Below are positions 1-8,396 of a stretch of DNA of 41,594 nt, piece by piece (the first letter of the stretch is position 1; every line of letters starts with the position of its first letter). Source of the stretch: Candidatus Shapirobacteria bacterium (GTDB taxonomy: Bacteria; Patescibacteriota; Microgenomatia; UBA12405; BS750m-G30); contig JBDRHA010000005.1 of NCBI GenBank assembly GCA_043817235.1, positions 1 to 41,594 on the forward strand. Reading direction: 5' to 3'. Below the pieces are notes generated by a model. It was not told the DNA's origin. It worked only from the letters and a program-made list of their open reading frames with translations, and did not search any database. The translations under genes were made by a program, and so were the position numbers.

Positions 1-1
1 T

Positions 2-1636
2 TACTTAGAGGAAGAACAGGGAGAAAGAAGAACTTGCAATACTTCGATGGAGGTATGTGTGAATTCTCCGGCGGCAACTAATACGCCTACGCCAACCAAT
101 ACTCCAAGCCCGACGATTACCCCGACTCCGCCGCCCGGAGCTACAAATACGCCCATACCAACAGCTACACCAACCTCTCCGCCAGCGGCAACTAATACTC
201 CCACTCCGACCAATACCCCGACGCCTGCAGTGGCTTTAACGTGCACGATTACCGGGGACTTGAGTATTGCTGTGGGCCAAACTAAAACTTATACAGCCAA
301 TGTTCAAAATAATCAAACCTCTATGAACTTTACTTTTTCCCAAAGTTTAGGAACTGGCACTTTTACGCCACAAACTTATTTAGAAGATTGGCATGCTTCC
401 CGTACTACCAATTGGCGCTTGACTAGTGCTCCTTCTTCACCAATTGATGTTCAATTATCTATAGTAGAAACCAGATCCCCGTTTAGAACCGCTAATTGTT
501 CACTGCCGGTAAATATTATTGCGCCAACACCAACGCCAACCAGCACCCCAACAAGTGCTCCAACGCCCACACCGCAGGGAACTTTGGAAGGCCGGGTTTG
601 GGAAGATACGGCCAATAATGCAGTTTGCGACGCCGCCGATGATCCGGGCATTGGCGGACTGGAAATTTCCTGGTCAGACGCTTTTGGCGGGTCCGGGTCT
701 TATACTACCGATAGCGGCGGAAATTGCTCTGAAAATAATTATTCTTTTATAGTTCCTGCTAATCGCTCGTTATCAGTAAGCTATGATTTAGCTGACTTGC
801 TCGCTTTAGATGAGGATTATGCCGCGGTTGAAGATCCTTTGCAAACAGTGGTTGTTTCTCCCGATAGCACGGAAACAGTAAACTTTCGGGTGACGAAGCT
901 GAAGCCGGTTTGGTTTCAAATAGCCGGCGGCGGCGCCCAATTTGGAGCGGAACTTTCGGTTGATTTGGGAGGCAATGATTTTATTGTGAGCAATGCCTAC
1001 GGTCCGGCCGGAGCGCTGGTCGTGGCCGATGAAAATGTTTCTGATTACAGCGGCACGATTAGTAATTTAGGCTGGGGAGTAGCTGACTGGAGCTATACCG
1101 GTTTAACTTATAACTTGGACTTTTTTACTCCTCGCCTTAGCTCACTTAGCGAAAGCAGCGTTTTGACCACGACGACGACCCAAAATTTTTCCGACTTGGC
1201 CATTAGCGTAAACGGGCTAAGCTGTGATTCGCAAACCTGCACGCTCGGGGCTAACTTGCAAAGGATTATCCGCTATACTGGCACAATTGATCTTGTTCTT
1301 AATCGGAATATTATAGTTCCCTCGGGAAGCTTTTTGGCAGTACTTAGCAAAGGGGATTTCCTTGTGGAGTCGGAAGTTACCCGGTTAGATGGTATTTATT
1401 TAACTGAAAAGGGGCTTCAGGTTGAAGGCGATGATGATGATAGCCAATTGGTGGTTAACGGGATAGTGGCAGTGGATGTTGATTTTTCTGGTGATACTAT
1501 GATCTTAGAGCGCAATTTAGATCTTGATAATACTACCACCCCGGCTGTGGTTTTTAATTATCGGCCGGATCTGATTATCAATATGCCAGCTTCACTTTGG
1601 AAGCCAAAGTACAATATGGAGGAACTGCTACCATGA
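2..1636 (+). CDS. Large secreted/pilus-associated protein with PT-rich linkers and Ig/SdrD-B-like domain (5'-truncated by window edge)
   Basis: Frame is open from position 2 with no stop before ATG 47. Has TPTPTNTP linkers and a 'LEGRVWED...GIGGLEI' CnaB/SdrD-like segment. Stop overlaps the ATG of a PilX-like gene (ATGA at 1633-1636). Confidence 0.7.
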   Translation, partial: YLEEEQGERRTCNTSMEVCVNSPAATNTPTPTNTPSPTITPTPPPGATNTPIPTATPTSPPAATNTPTPTNTPTPAVALTCTITGDLSIAVGQTKTYTANVQNNQTSMNFTFSQSLGTGTFTPQTYLEDWHASRTTNWRLTSAPSSPIDVQLSIVETRSPFRTANCSLPVNIIAPTPTPTSTPTSAPTPTPQGTLEGRVWEDTANNAVCDAADDPGIGGLEISWSDAFGGSGSYTTDSGGNCSENNYSFIVPANRSLSVSYDLADLLALDEDYAAVEDPLQTVVVSPDSTETVNFRVTKLKPVWFQIAGGGAQFGAELSVDLGGNDFIVSNAYGPAGALVVADENVSDYSGTISNLGWGVADWSYTGLTYNLDFFTPRLSSLSESSVLTTTTTQNFSDLAISVNGLSCDSQTCTLGANLQRIIRYTGTIDLVLNRNIIVPSGSFLAVLSKGDFLVESEVTRLDGIYLTEKGLQVEGDDDDSQLVVNGIVAVDVDFSGDTMILERNLDLDNTTTPAVVFNYRPDLIINMPASLWKPKYNMEELLP

Positions 1637-2448
1637 AAAATGACAGACAACGGGGTCAAGCGACGATTATTATTTTAACAATGATGGTAGCCGCGGCCGG
1701 AGTAGCCTTGTTTTTGACGCGGGGAGTGCAAATAGATTTGCAGATAACCAAGGTTCAGGAAGAATCAGCCCGGGCTTTTTCTGCGGCAGAAGCGGGTATT
1801 GAGTCGGCCCTTTATGATTGGCAGCCCGGAGCAACTACTATTCCCTTGCAAACAGGGACAGTGACTACGGTTTCTTCTAATTTAGGAGAGGGAGAGACTA
1901 GCTTTGTTTTGCCGGGAATTGTTCGGGCCGGAGATTTCGGCGTTGTTTGGCTGGCGGCTCACGATGAAGACGGCCAGATTGATGAAACCGGATATTACAA
2001 TAGTCCGGTTCAAGCCGTATCGGTTTGTTTTGCCAATGATTCAGCCATAGAACTGGTTTTGTTTTATAAGCTTGGTGGTGATTATTTTACTGTGCGGGAA
2101 GCTTATGATGCCAATGAGGCAAGAAGAGAGGAAAATAGCTTTTCCGCTCCTACTTTAGAAAATTGTGCCGGCTTGAGCTGGTCCGGAAACATTAGTTATC
2201 CGGCGGGAGCTATTCCCTTGTTTATGGCCGCCAAAGTGTATTACGAAAATACTAGTTTGGGAGCAAAAGGTATTGGCGAGGGAGCAAGCTTTCCTTCCCA
2301 GGGAAAATTAGTTACTTCTGCCGGTCAAGTGGACAGCCTGAGCAATAAAATAGTTTCCCGCCGGTTGAAAGTTTTGCAAAGCTGGGATATTCCGCCTTTA
2401 ATCTTTTTGGATCCTCTTTTTGCCGGATCTGGCGGCCAGGCTTTCTAA
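1633..2448 (+). CDS. PilX-like type IV minor pilin
   Basis: Basic leader ending in G, then a hydrophobic helix (RQRG|QATIIILTMMV) and the PilX_N motif 'ARAFSAAEAGIESAL'. ATG 1633 is coupled to the upstream stop. Confidence 0.75.
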   Translation: MKNDRQRGQATIIILTMMVAAAGVALFLTRGVQIDLQITKVQEESARAFSAAEAGIESALYDWQPGATTIPLQTGTVTTVSSNLGEGETSFVLPGIVRAGDFGVVWLAAHDEDGQIDETGYYNSPVQAVSVCFANDSAIELVLFYKLGGDYFTVREAYDANEARREENSFSAPTLENCAGLSWSGNISYPAGAIPLFMAAKVYYENTSLGAKGIGEGASFPSQGKLVTSAGQVDSLSNKIVSRRLKVLQSWDIPPLIFLDPLFAGSGGQAF

Positions 2449-4214
2449 TTAGCACCCGTTCCACGCAGGTATACTGCTTGCCAGGGGCGGTACGCAGAAT
2501 AAAAGGTTTGCTTGTTGACGATTTCTCCATTTTTTTCTACTTTCCAGTCAAATGAGGCCTTGGCTCCACCGGCGGCAAAATCAATTTGTTTTAGGGTTCC
2601 GGCCGGCAGAGCAGGATCATCAACATATGAAGCTGGAGGAGGGGAAACAACATCCCAGGTTTTAAAATTGTCTAAGGTAACTATTCTTTCATCCGGGCAG
2701 CCATAAAGATTAAAAGCCAAATAAGAAGAAGCAGGGTCAAATTCAGTTTGAATGAGGAGGTGGCAGGGGTAGTTATTTTTAAATCTTAAGTCTACGCTGG
2801 GCGAAAAAACCGTGGCGTCAATGCCCAGCTTGGAATTTTCTTCATAATAAGAAACTCGGTAAGCATGGGCGTGGCGCTCTAAAATCGGAAGCCCGGCTTT
2901 TAGGGCCGCCCGAAATAAAGTAGTGGAAATTTGGCAGACTCCGCCGCCGTCACCCAAAACTGTTCGCCCTTCTTTAATAATCCAAGCTTGCTGATACCCA
3001 GTTTTGGCGGAAATTTCGCCGATTGCTTTATTAAAAGAAAACTCTTCCCCGGGTTTAATTAAAATTCCATTTAAGCGTTCTGTTCCGGTTTGGATATTGT
3101 GAATGCGAGAAGCAATAGAGTGAAAAAACCAGGATTCGCCTTTGGCTGTTAAGCCGGTAATCCCTAGATTGTTGGCCTGATTGGTAGTTATTTCCGGCTC
3201 TATTTTTTCCAACGGCAATTCCAAAACCGCTTGTGCGCTGGAGCCGGCGAGCATGTTGCTTAAGGTGCGCAAGATCAAGCTGGCAGTCTGCTCTTGACTA
3301 AGCCTAAAGCCCGCCGCGGCGGGCTTAAATTCCGTTACTCGGTTATTTTCAAACTGAAAAAGAGCGTTTTGCGGTTCTTTTTCTAAGCCGACAGCTAAAG
3401 ATTCCGCCCAGGCTTTAATCTTTTCTTTTTGCCAGCCCTGGTTAAAATCCAAAAACTCCACTAACTCTTTGTCCGGTAAAATAAAGTTTTGACTGGAAGA
3501 AGAAAGAATAATGCTTTTGCCTTTAAGCTTTAGAGCTTCGTTTTTGGTGTTCTCAATCTGCCTTTGGTCCGGAAGCCAGCCGGTAATTTTAAAAGAAAGA
3601 TCAATCGGTTCTTGCCAGGAGCCAGCGGATAATTTTTGGTCAATTATTTTTTTTAAGTCTAAAATATCCAGCTCTAAGCCCAGCTGGCCCTCCCTTACTT
3701 GAAGATCCTCATTTTCTAAGCTTAGGACAGTGGGTACGAAAGGCTGGTTAACTTGGGCAGAAATAGTTGCTATGGCCGCTTTAAACTGAGCTTGGTCAAA
3801 ATCAAAAACCAGAGGGATTTTCTGCTCTTGCCGGAAAGCAGTATATTGTTTTTCGATATTTTTTAAAAAATTGTTTTCTCTTCCCCAAGAATAAGCCAAT
3901 AAAGCGGTTTTTTGGGGGAAAAAACGCAAGCCCAGCTTTTCCAGGTCCAACTCGTATTTTTCCTGCTCATTTTTTAGGCTGATGATAAAGCTTTGCTCTT
4001 GAACTTTTTGAGTGAGGAGATTTTCTGCTTCGGTCAGACTAAGTTTATTTAAGCTCCACAGTCCGGCATTTAGCCCGGGGTAAATTTTTTCCTGATAAGC
4101 CAGCTTAAATCCAATCACTGAAAACAAGGGAGCAAAAAGAACACTGATAAAAAAGACGAAAATCACCATCTTTCCTATCTGGATTGCCAAGGCAATGGAT
4201 TTTTTCTTTTCCAT
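2445..4214 (-). CDS. VanW-family protein with N-terminal TM and YoaR-like peptidoglycan-binding region
   Basis: VanW motifs 'RIHNI...LNGILIKPGEEFSFN', 'GGGVCQISTTLFRA', 'ERHAHAYRVSYY', 'DATVF...DLRFKN'. Confidence 0.9.
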   Translation of the reverse strand: MEKKKSIALAIQIGKMVIFVFFISVLFAPLFSVIGFKLAYQEKIYPGLNAGLWSLNKLSLTEAENLLTQKVQEQSFIISLKNEQEKYELDLEKLGLRFFPQKTALLAYSWGRENNFLKNIEKQYTAFRQEQKIPLVFDFDQAQFKAAIATISAQVNQPFVPTVLSLENEDLQVREGQLGLELDILDLKKIIDQKLSAGSWQEPIDLSFKITGWLPDQRQIENTKNEALKLKGKSIILSSSSQNFILPDKELVEFLDFNQGWQKEKIKAWAESLAVGLEKEPQNALFQFENNRVTEFKPAAAGFRLSQEQTASLILRTLSNMLAGSSAQAVLELPLEKIEPEITTNQANNLGITGLTAKGESWFFHSIASRIHNIQTGTERLNGILIKPGEEFSFNKAIGEISAKTGYQQAWIIKEGRTVLGDGGGVCQISTTLFRAALKAGLPILERHAHAYRVSYYEENSKLGIDATVFSPSVDLRFKNNYPCHLLIQTEFDPASSYLAFNLYGCPDERIVTLDNFKTWDVVSPPPASYVDDPALPAGTLKQIDFAAGGAKASFDWKVEKNGEIVNKQTFYSAYRPWQAVYLRGTGAN

Positions 4215-4241
4215 TAGTTAATATAATAGTATCATGGAAAA
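4192..4241. repeat. 50-bp perfect direct repeat, left copy
   Basis: gcaatggattttttcttttccattagttaatataatagtatcatggaaaa is identical to 6480-6529. Confidence 0.95.
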
Positions 4242-4356
4242 TTATTTTTCTTCTGGACAATTAAGTCTTAACTCTAGTCTAGCCGGCATTGACTCAAGGC
4301 TTATGGGGAAATGTAATTTTAATGTTAGTCTTGGAAAGGAGGTGAGTCGTTAAAGA

Positions 4357-4524
4357 ATGACTTCTAAAGAATTTTCTTCTAAAGATATTATCCCTGAGCC
4401 TATTATGCCTAAGCGAGAAGAAAAGGATGTTTACATTGCTCCTAAAATAACTGATTTGCCTGTTAAGGATGTTCGTCGTATAGGCTTGTGTTCTTGCAAA
4501 GCTGGGGAAGATAATCCTTACTAG
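4357..4524 (+). CDS. Putative RiPP precursor peptide, 55 aa (MTSKEFSSKDIIPEPIMPKREEKDVYIAPKITDLPVKDVRRIGLCSCKAGEDNPY)
   Basis: Not in the ORF track. Strong SD AAAGGAGGTGA at 4335-4345. Carries a YxxPx(L/I) RRE-binding motif and a C-terminal CSC core. Lies directly upstream of GNAT, PqqD and rSAM genes. Confidence 0.8.
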   Translation: MTSKEFSSKDIIPEPIMPKREEKDVYIAPKITDLPVKDVRRIGLCSCKAGEDNPY

Positions 4525-4530
4525 TGCTTT

Positions 4531-5040
4531 ATGAAGGGAAAGATTGAGCTTTACAAGCAGCTAAGTAACTTTAATGAGCCTTCTTGGCTTAAATTTTATT
4601 ATTCCTCTCTGGAAAAAAAGGGATTTTGGCTGGAAGTAATTTCTTCAGACGATGATTTTTCCGAATATGTTAGCTATGTTCTAGACAATAAAAAAAGCTT
4701 AAGGCCAGAAAGCAAATATATCAAAAATAATTTACTAAAAGGAGATTCTTGGGGAGAAATTCTAATTCTCAAGCAAAAAAATAGAATTGTGGCTAGCTTC
4801 GGTCCTAATCGGATAGAGAAAGATCAGAAAGGAAAAAAAAGAGCTAGGCCAGGCTATTTTAGCGTTCTACCTAAATTTAGGGGCCAGAAAATAGGAACAG
4901 TGCTTTGGTGGTGGGGAATGAGACGATTGGGGAAGCGCGGAGCAGAATATGTCCAGTGCTTAGTTGAGAAGAAAAACCTAGCTGCCCTGGCTATCTATCT
5001 TAATTTTGGAATGAAACCAGTAAAAAAGCTCTCAAGGTGA
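4531..5040 (+). CDS. GNAT-family acetyltransferase
   Basis: Motif A 'FSVLPKFRGQKIGTVL' and motif B 'NLAALAIYLNFGM'. Confidence 0.85.
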   Translation: MKGKIELYKQLSNFNEPSWLKFYYSSLEKKGFWLEVISSDDDFSEYVSYVLDNKKSLRPESKYIKNNLLKGDSWGEILILKQKNRIVASFGPNRIEKDQKGKKRARPGYFSVLPKFRGQKIGTVLWWWGMRRLGKRGAEYVQCLVEKKNLAALAIYLNFGMKPVKKLSR

Positions 5041-5261
5041 GGAAAATAATTAATAATTTAACCCAAAGATTTATTTTAAGGGAAATTGGCGGCAAAGGTC
5101 TTCTGGTTTCCTTAAAGGAAATTTCCCCCAGTTTAATTTTTCTTAATTCTACCGCCGTTTTAGTCTGGAAAACACTTTCTGCTGATTCCTCGGTTAAGCA
5201 CTGTGCTCAAATGTTGGAAAAAAAATATGATGTTCCCAAAGAAGTGGCAAAAAAGACATAG
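5037..5261 (+). CDS. PqqD/RRE peptide-binding domain (0-frame product; fused to the rSAM domain after a -1 shift)
   Basis: PqqD pattern 'FILREIGGKGLLV...LIFLNSTAVLVWKTL...LEKKYDVPKEVAKK'. The expected final helix 'DIENLFKEI' lies in the -1 frame. Confidence 0.8.
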   Translation: MRKIINNLTQRFILREIGGKGLLVSLKEISPSLIFLNSTAVLVWKTLSADSSVKHCAQMLEKKYDVPKEVAKKT

Positions 5262-6328
5262 AAAACCTTTTTAAGGAAATCGAAAGAAGACGGAAGGACA
5301 AAGTTAAGATAAAAAATTTCGAGCAGGACCTAAAAGCTCAAAATATTCCAATTCAAGGAAGTTTTGAACTGACAGGCCAATGTAATTTAAATTGCTCTCA
5401 CTGTTATGCTCAAGAAGAAAGAAAAAAAGCAAACCTTTCTTTAAGAAAGGTTAAAAATATTATTGACCAGTTAGTTGAGAATGGCTGTTTATTTTTGCAA
5501 TTAACTGGAGGAGAGTGTTTAGTAAGAAAAGACTTTAAGGAAATTTATCTCTATTTAAAACAAGTGGGGATTATTCCCTCTGTTTCAACTAATGCTACTC
5601 TTTTAAATAATGATTTAATTAGGGTTTTTGAACGATATCCTCCTTACCAGATAATTGTGAGCCTTTACGGATCAACTGGCTCTGTTCATGACCAAATCAC
5701 TCGGGTTGATGGGTCTTTCCGAAAGACCTTAATTAATGTTCATAAGCTTAAAAAGGCCAGTCTTTTTGTTTGGTTTTCGGCGATAGTGATGAAAGAGAAT
5801 TTTACCCAAGTTGGGGCAATGGAAAAACTGGCTGAGCGAAATAAAATTCCTATTATTTTTTATCCCTTTTTAATTCCTAGGCTCAATAAAGATCAAAGTC
5901 CTCTGGCTCATTCTCTTAGTGATAAACGATGTGTCTGGATCCTCGGAGTGAGTAAAAAGAATAAGTCTTTTAGACAAACAAAATTACCAAAAAGAACCCC
6001 AGAAGAACTTCTATATCCTTGTAATGCTGGCTGGCACAGTTTTCATATCAATGCTGAAGGCAAAATTTATATTTGTAAAATGGAAAGAGATCTTGGTTAT
6101 TCTTTGATTAAGAATTCTTTTAAATATTCTTGGCCAAGGTTGATTAAAATCAGGAATTTAAAATTGCGTCTTCCCAAAATGTGTCTTGATTGCCAGGAGA
6201 AAAAAGAATGCCGAGTTTGTCCGCCCTTGATTAGGCTGTATCTGTCTTCGAAAACGGGGCCAGTTTTTTGTCGAAGAGTAAAATTAAAACAAAGAGCGGT
6301 TAAAAGTGAAATGCCTTCCGGCTTTTAG
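5249..6328 (+). CDS. Radical SAM enzyme with SPASM domain (RiPP maturase); N-terminal part reachable only via a -1 shift from the PqqD frame
   Basis: CxxxCxxC (CNLNCSHC, 5381-5404) lies upstream of the track's 5495 start in the same stop-free frame. Also 'LTGGE' and SPASM cysteines 'CNAG...INAEGKIYIC...CLDCQEKKECRVCP...FC'. Confidence 0.85.
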   Translation, partial: KKDIENLFKEIERRRKDKVKIKNFEQDLKAQNIPIQGSFELTGQCNLNCSHCYAQEERKKANLSLRKVKNIIDQLVENGCLFLQLTGGECLVRKDFKEIYLYLKQVGIIPSVSTNATLLNNDLIRVFERYPPYQIIVSLYGSTGSVHDQITRVDGSFRKTLINVHKLKKASLFVWFSAIVMKENFTQVGAMEKLAERNKIPIIFYPFLIPRLNKDQSPLAHSLSDKRCVWILGVSKKNKSFRQTKLPKRTPEELLYPCNAGWHSFHINAEGKIYICKMERDLGYSLIKNSFKYSWPRLIKIRNLKLRLPKMCLDCQEKKECRVCPPLIRLYLSSKTGPVFCRRVKLKQRAVKSEMPSGF

Positions 6329-6329
6329 A

Positions 6330-6502
6330 AAACTTGGTTTAGCCTGTTTAATAAAAAGTTTTTCTGCTTGTTGAGAGCTTGCTGATTGGGTAAATAAAGG
6401 CTAACTCTGATAATCGGGATGAGTTTTGTCCTGAAAAGTAAGTTAGGAAATAAAAACCAGCGTTGATAGAGCTAAAAAAGCAATGGATTTTTTCTTTTCC
6501 AT
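6330..6502 (-). pseudogene. Degenerate copy of the 5' end of the vanW-like gene
   Basis: Translates MEKKKSIAFLALSTLVFIS*LTFQDKTHPDYQS*PLFTQSASSQQAEKLF. This aligns in register with VanW 'LAYQEKIYPG...LSLTEAENLL' and contains two stops. Confidence 0.6.
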
Positions 6503-6529
6503 TAGTTAATATAATAGTATCATGGAAAA
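6480..6529. repeat. 50-bp perfect direct repeat, right copy; contains two divergent ATGs 19 bp apart and a TATAAT box
   Basis: Identical to 4192-4241. Confidence 0.95.
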
Positions 6530-7859
6530 GAAAAAGCTTATTTTGGTTATTTTCGGGATTATCTTGCTTGGCTTGTTGGCCTTCGGCGTTTATCAAATTA
6601 TTTTTAAGAAAAAAGTGCCGGTTTTGCCGAAAGGCGAAGAAGTTACGCTAACTTATTGGGGCTTATGGGAGCCGTCGCCGGTAATTAATGCGGTGATTGC
6701 TTCTTTTGAAAAAGATCATCCGGGAATTAAAGTGGATTACAAGATGCAATCTAGCCAAGATTATAAAGCGAGACTCCAAAATGCGCTTGCTTCGGGCCAG
6801 GGTCCGGATATTTTTCGCCTTCACCAAACTTGGGTGCCGATCATGCAAAAGCAACTAGCTCCGGTTCCGGACACCCTGAGCCAAACTTTAGGATTGGAAA
6901 ATAATTATTTTCCGGTGATCAGCAAAGCTATTTCCCGAAGCGGCCGCTATTATGCGCTTCCTTTGGAAATAGATACTTTGGCTCTTTACTATAATAAGGA
7001 TTTATTAGCCGTGGCCGGCGGTCAGCTGCCGCGGACTTGGTGGGGACTGCAACAGCTGGCAAAGCAAATTACTCAGAAAACCGCTGACGGCCGGATTATT
7101 ACTGCCGGGGTAGCCCTGGGAACAACGAACAATGTTGACCATTTTTCCGATATTATTGGCTTAATGCTTTTGCAAAACGACGCTGATCCGGCCGAGCCTA
7201 ATGCTCTTACTCTAGACGTTTTGCAATATTATTTACTTTTTGCCAATAAAGAGGGTGTTTGGGATAAAACCCTTCCTTCTTCCACGCTTCAGTTTGCTTC
7301 CGGCAAACTGGGTTTTTATTTTGCTCCTTCTTGGCGCTATTTTGAAATTAAAAAAGCCAACCCGGGCTTGAATTTTGGAATTGCTCCTGTGCCTCAATTG
7401 CCGGAATCTCGGGAAATTGACTGGGAGGCGGCGGAAGCCGGGGAAGGCGAACTGACTAATATTACTTGGGCTTCCTTTTGGGTGGAGGGGGTATCCGCTG
7501 TCTCTAAAAACCAAGAGGCGGCTTTTGAATTTTTAGGTTATTTGGCCTCTGCTGAAGGGCTTCGCCAGTTTTACCAAGCGGCTTCCCAAACTCGGGATTT
7601 TGGGGAAATTTATCCGCTGACCAATTTAGCTAATGAATTAACGACCATTCCCTATTTGGCTGCCTTTGTTCAACAGGCGCCAATGGCGGACTACTGGTAT
7701 TTGTGTTCGGAAACTCATGATTCTTCTTTAAATGATCTGATGATTAAGTACTATGAAGATAGCTTAAACGCTCTTTCTGGCACAGGGTCAAATGATGAAG
7801 CAGTGCTGGAAACGCTCCAATCCGGCATTTCCCAAGTCCTTTCCCAATACCAGCTTTGA
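6522..7859 (+). CDS. Membrane-anchored ABC-type sugar-binding protein (family 1 SBP)
   Basis: N-terminal TM; 'LTYWGLWE...FEKDHPGIKVDY...GQGPDIF', 'YALPL...LALYYNKDLL', 'FASGKLGF'. No adjacent permease or ATPase. Confidence 0.85.
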   Translation: MEKKKLILVIFGIILLGLLAFGVYQIIFKKKVPVLPKGEEVTLTYWGLWEPSPVINAVIASFEKDHPGIKVDYKMQSSQDYKARLQNALASGQGPDIFRLHQTWVPIMQKQLAPVPDTLSQTLGLENNYFPVISKAISRSGRYYALPLEIDTLALYYNKDLLAVAGGQLPRTWWGLQQLAKQITQKTADGRIITAGVALGTTNNVDHFSDIIGLMLLQNDADPAEPNALTLDVLQYYLLFANKEGVWDKTLPSSTLQFASGKLGFYFAPSWRYFEIKKANPGLNFGIAPVPQLPESREIDWEAAEAGEGELTNITWASFWVEGVSAVSKNQEAAFEFLGYLASAEGLRQFYQAASQTRDFGEIYPLTNLANELTTIPYLAAFVQQAPMADYWYLCSETHDSSLNDLMIKYYEDSLNALSGTGSNDEAVLETLQSGISQVLSQYQL

Positions 7860-7894
7860 GACAATAATTTCTAAATCCTAATTTTCAGAATATT

Positions 7895-8329
7895 CGAGTT
7901 TGATAAATCAAACCCCTACAAAAAAGAAAATTTATAATAATCCTTGCATTCTGTAGGGGCTTAATTTATTTTGCGAGCGGGAAAACCCCGGAGCTTGCTC
8001 CGTGGATGAAAGCTATAATCCTCGCAAAGCAAGCAAAAGAGGAAACTGCGCAAGCAAGCTGCGCAGAGGCTTCATTAAGCCCGAAAATGTCATTGCCAGA
8101 AACAACGTCATCTCGAGCGTAGCCCCGCGAGTCGCGGGGCGCAGTCGAGAGATCTTCGGAATTAAAAGATCCTTCGGCTTCGCTCAGGATGACATTGAGA
8201 ACAGATCCCCGCTTTCGCTCAGGATGACAATAGCCTTCGCAATAGCAACAGATCCCTTATTTTCCTTCCGATCGTGAAGAAAAGGAGTGAATTTCATGTT
8301 TTGTTTCAATGTATCGATACATTGAAACA
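7895..8329. repeat. Composite nested palindromic REP-like element
   Basis: Contains a GTAG-type palindrome (GGG(T/C)TTGATAAATCAAACCCCTAC), GTCAT...ATGAC units, a CGATCG palindrome, and the perfect 28-bp palindrome TGTTTCAATGTATCGATACATTGAAACA (8302-8329). Confidence 0.85.
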
Positions 8330-8361
8330 GAGGATAATTTTGTGCAATTGTCCCATTCTGC

Positions 8362-8390
8362 TTGAAGAAAAGCTATTTTAAGGCTATAAT
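8362..8390 (+). promoter_or_regulatory. Sigma70-type promoter
   Basis: TTGAAG-17bp-TATAAT. Confidence 0.7.
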
Positions 8391-8396
8391 TATCCT

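Noticed and set aside
2445-4214. Vancomycin-resistance locus
   Set aside because: VanW-domain proteins are widespread, and no vanH/A/B/X/R/S genes are present.
4357-4524. Lasso peptide precursor
   Set aside because: It has the YxxP leader motif, but there is no lasso cyclase (asparagine synthetase-like) or B2 protease; the maturase is an rSAM.
5218-5225. A8 run as the slippage site producing the RRE-rSAM fusion
   Set aside because: Shifting there meets TGA at 5228-5230 immediately.
5495-6328. Track start at 5495 for the rSAM gene
   Set aside because: It omits the essential CxxxCxxC motif at 5381-5404.
8002-8277. ORFs 8002-8277, 19751-20032, 19798-20043, 20496-20678, 23521-23925 and 34755-34952 with mutually similar translations
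   Set aside because: They are translations of the palindromic repeat elements; the similarity comes from the repeats, not from a protein family.
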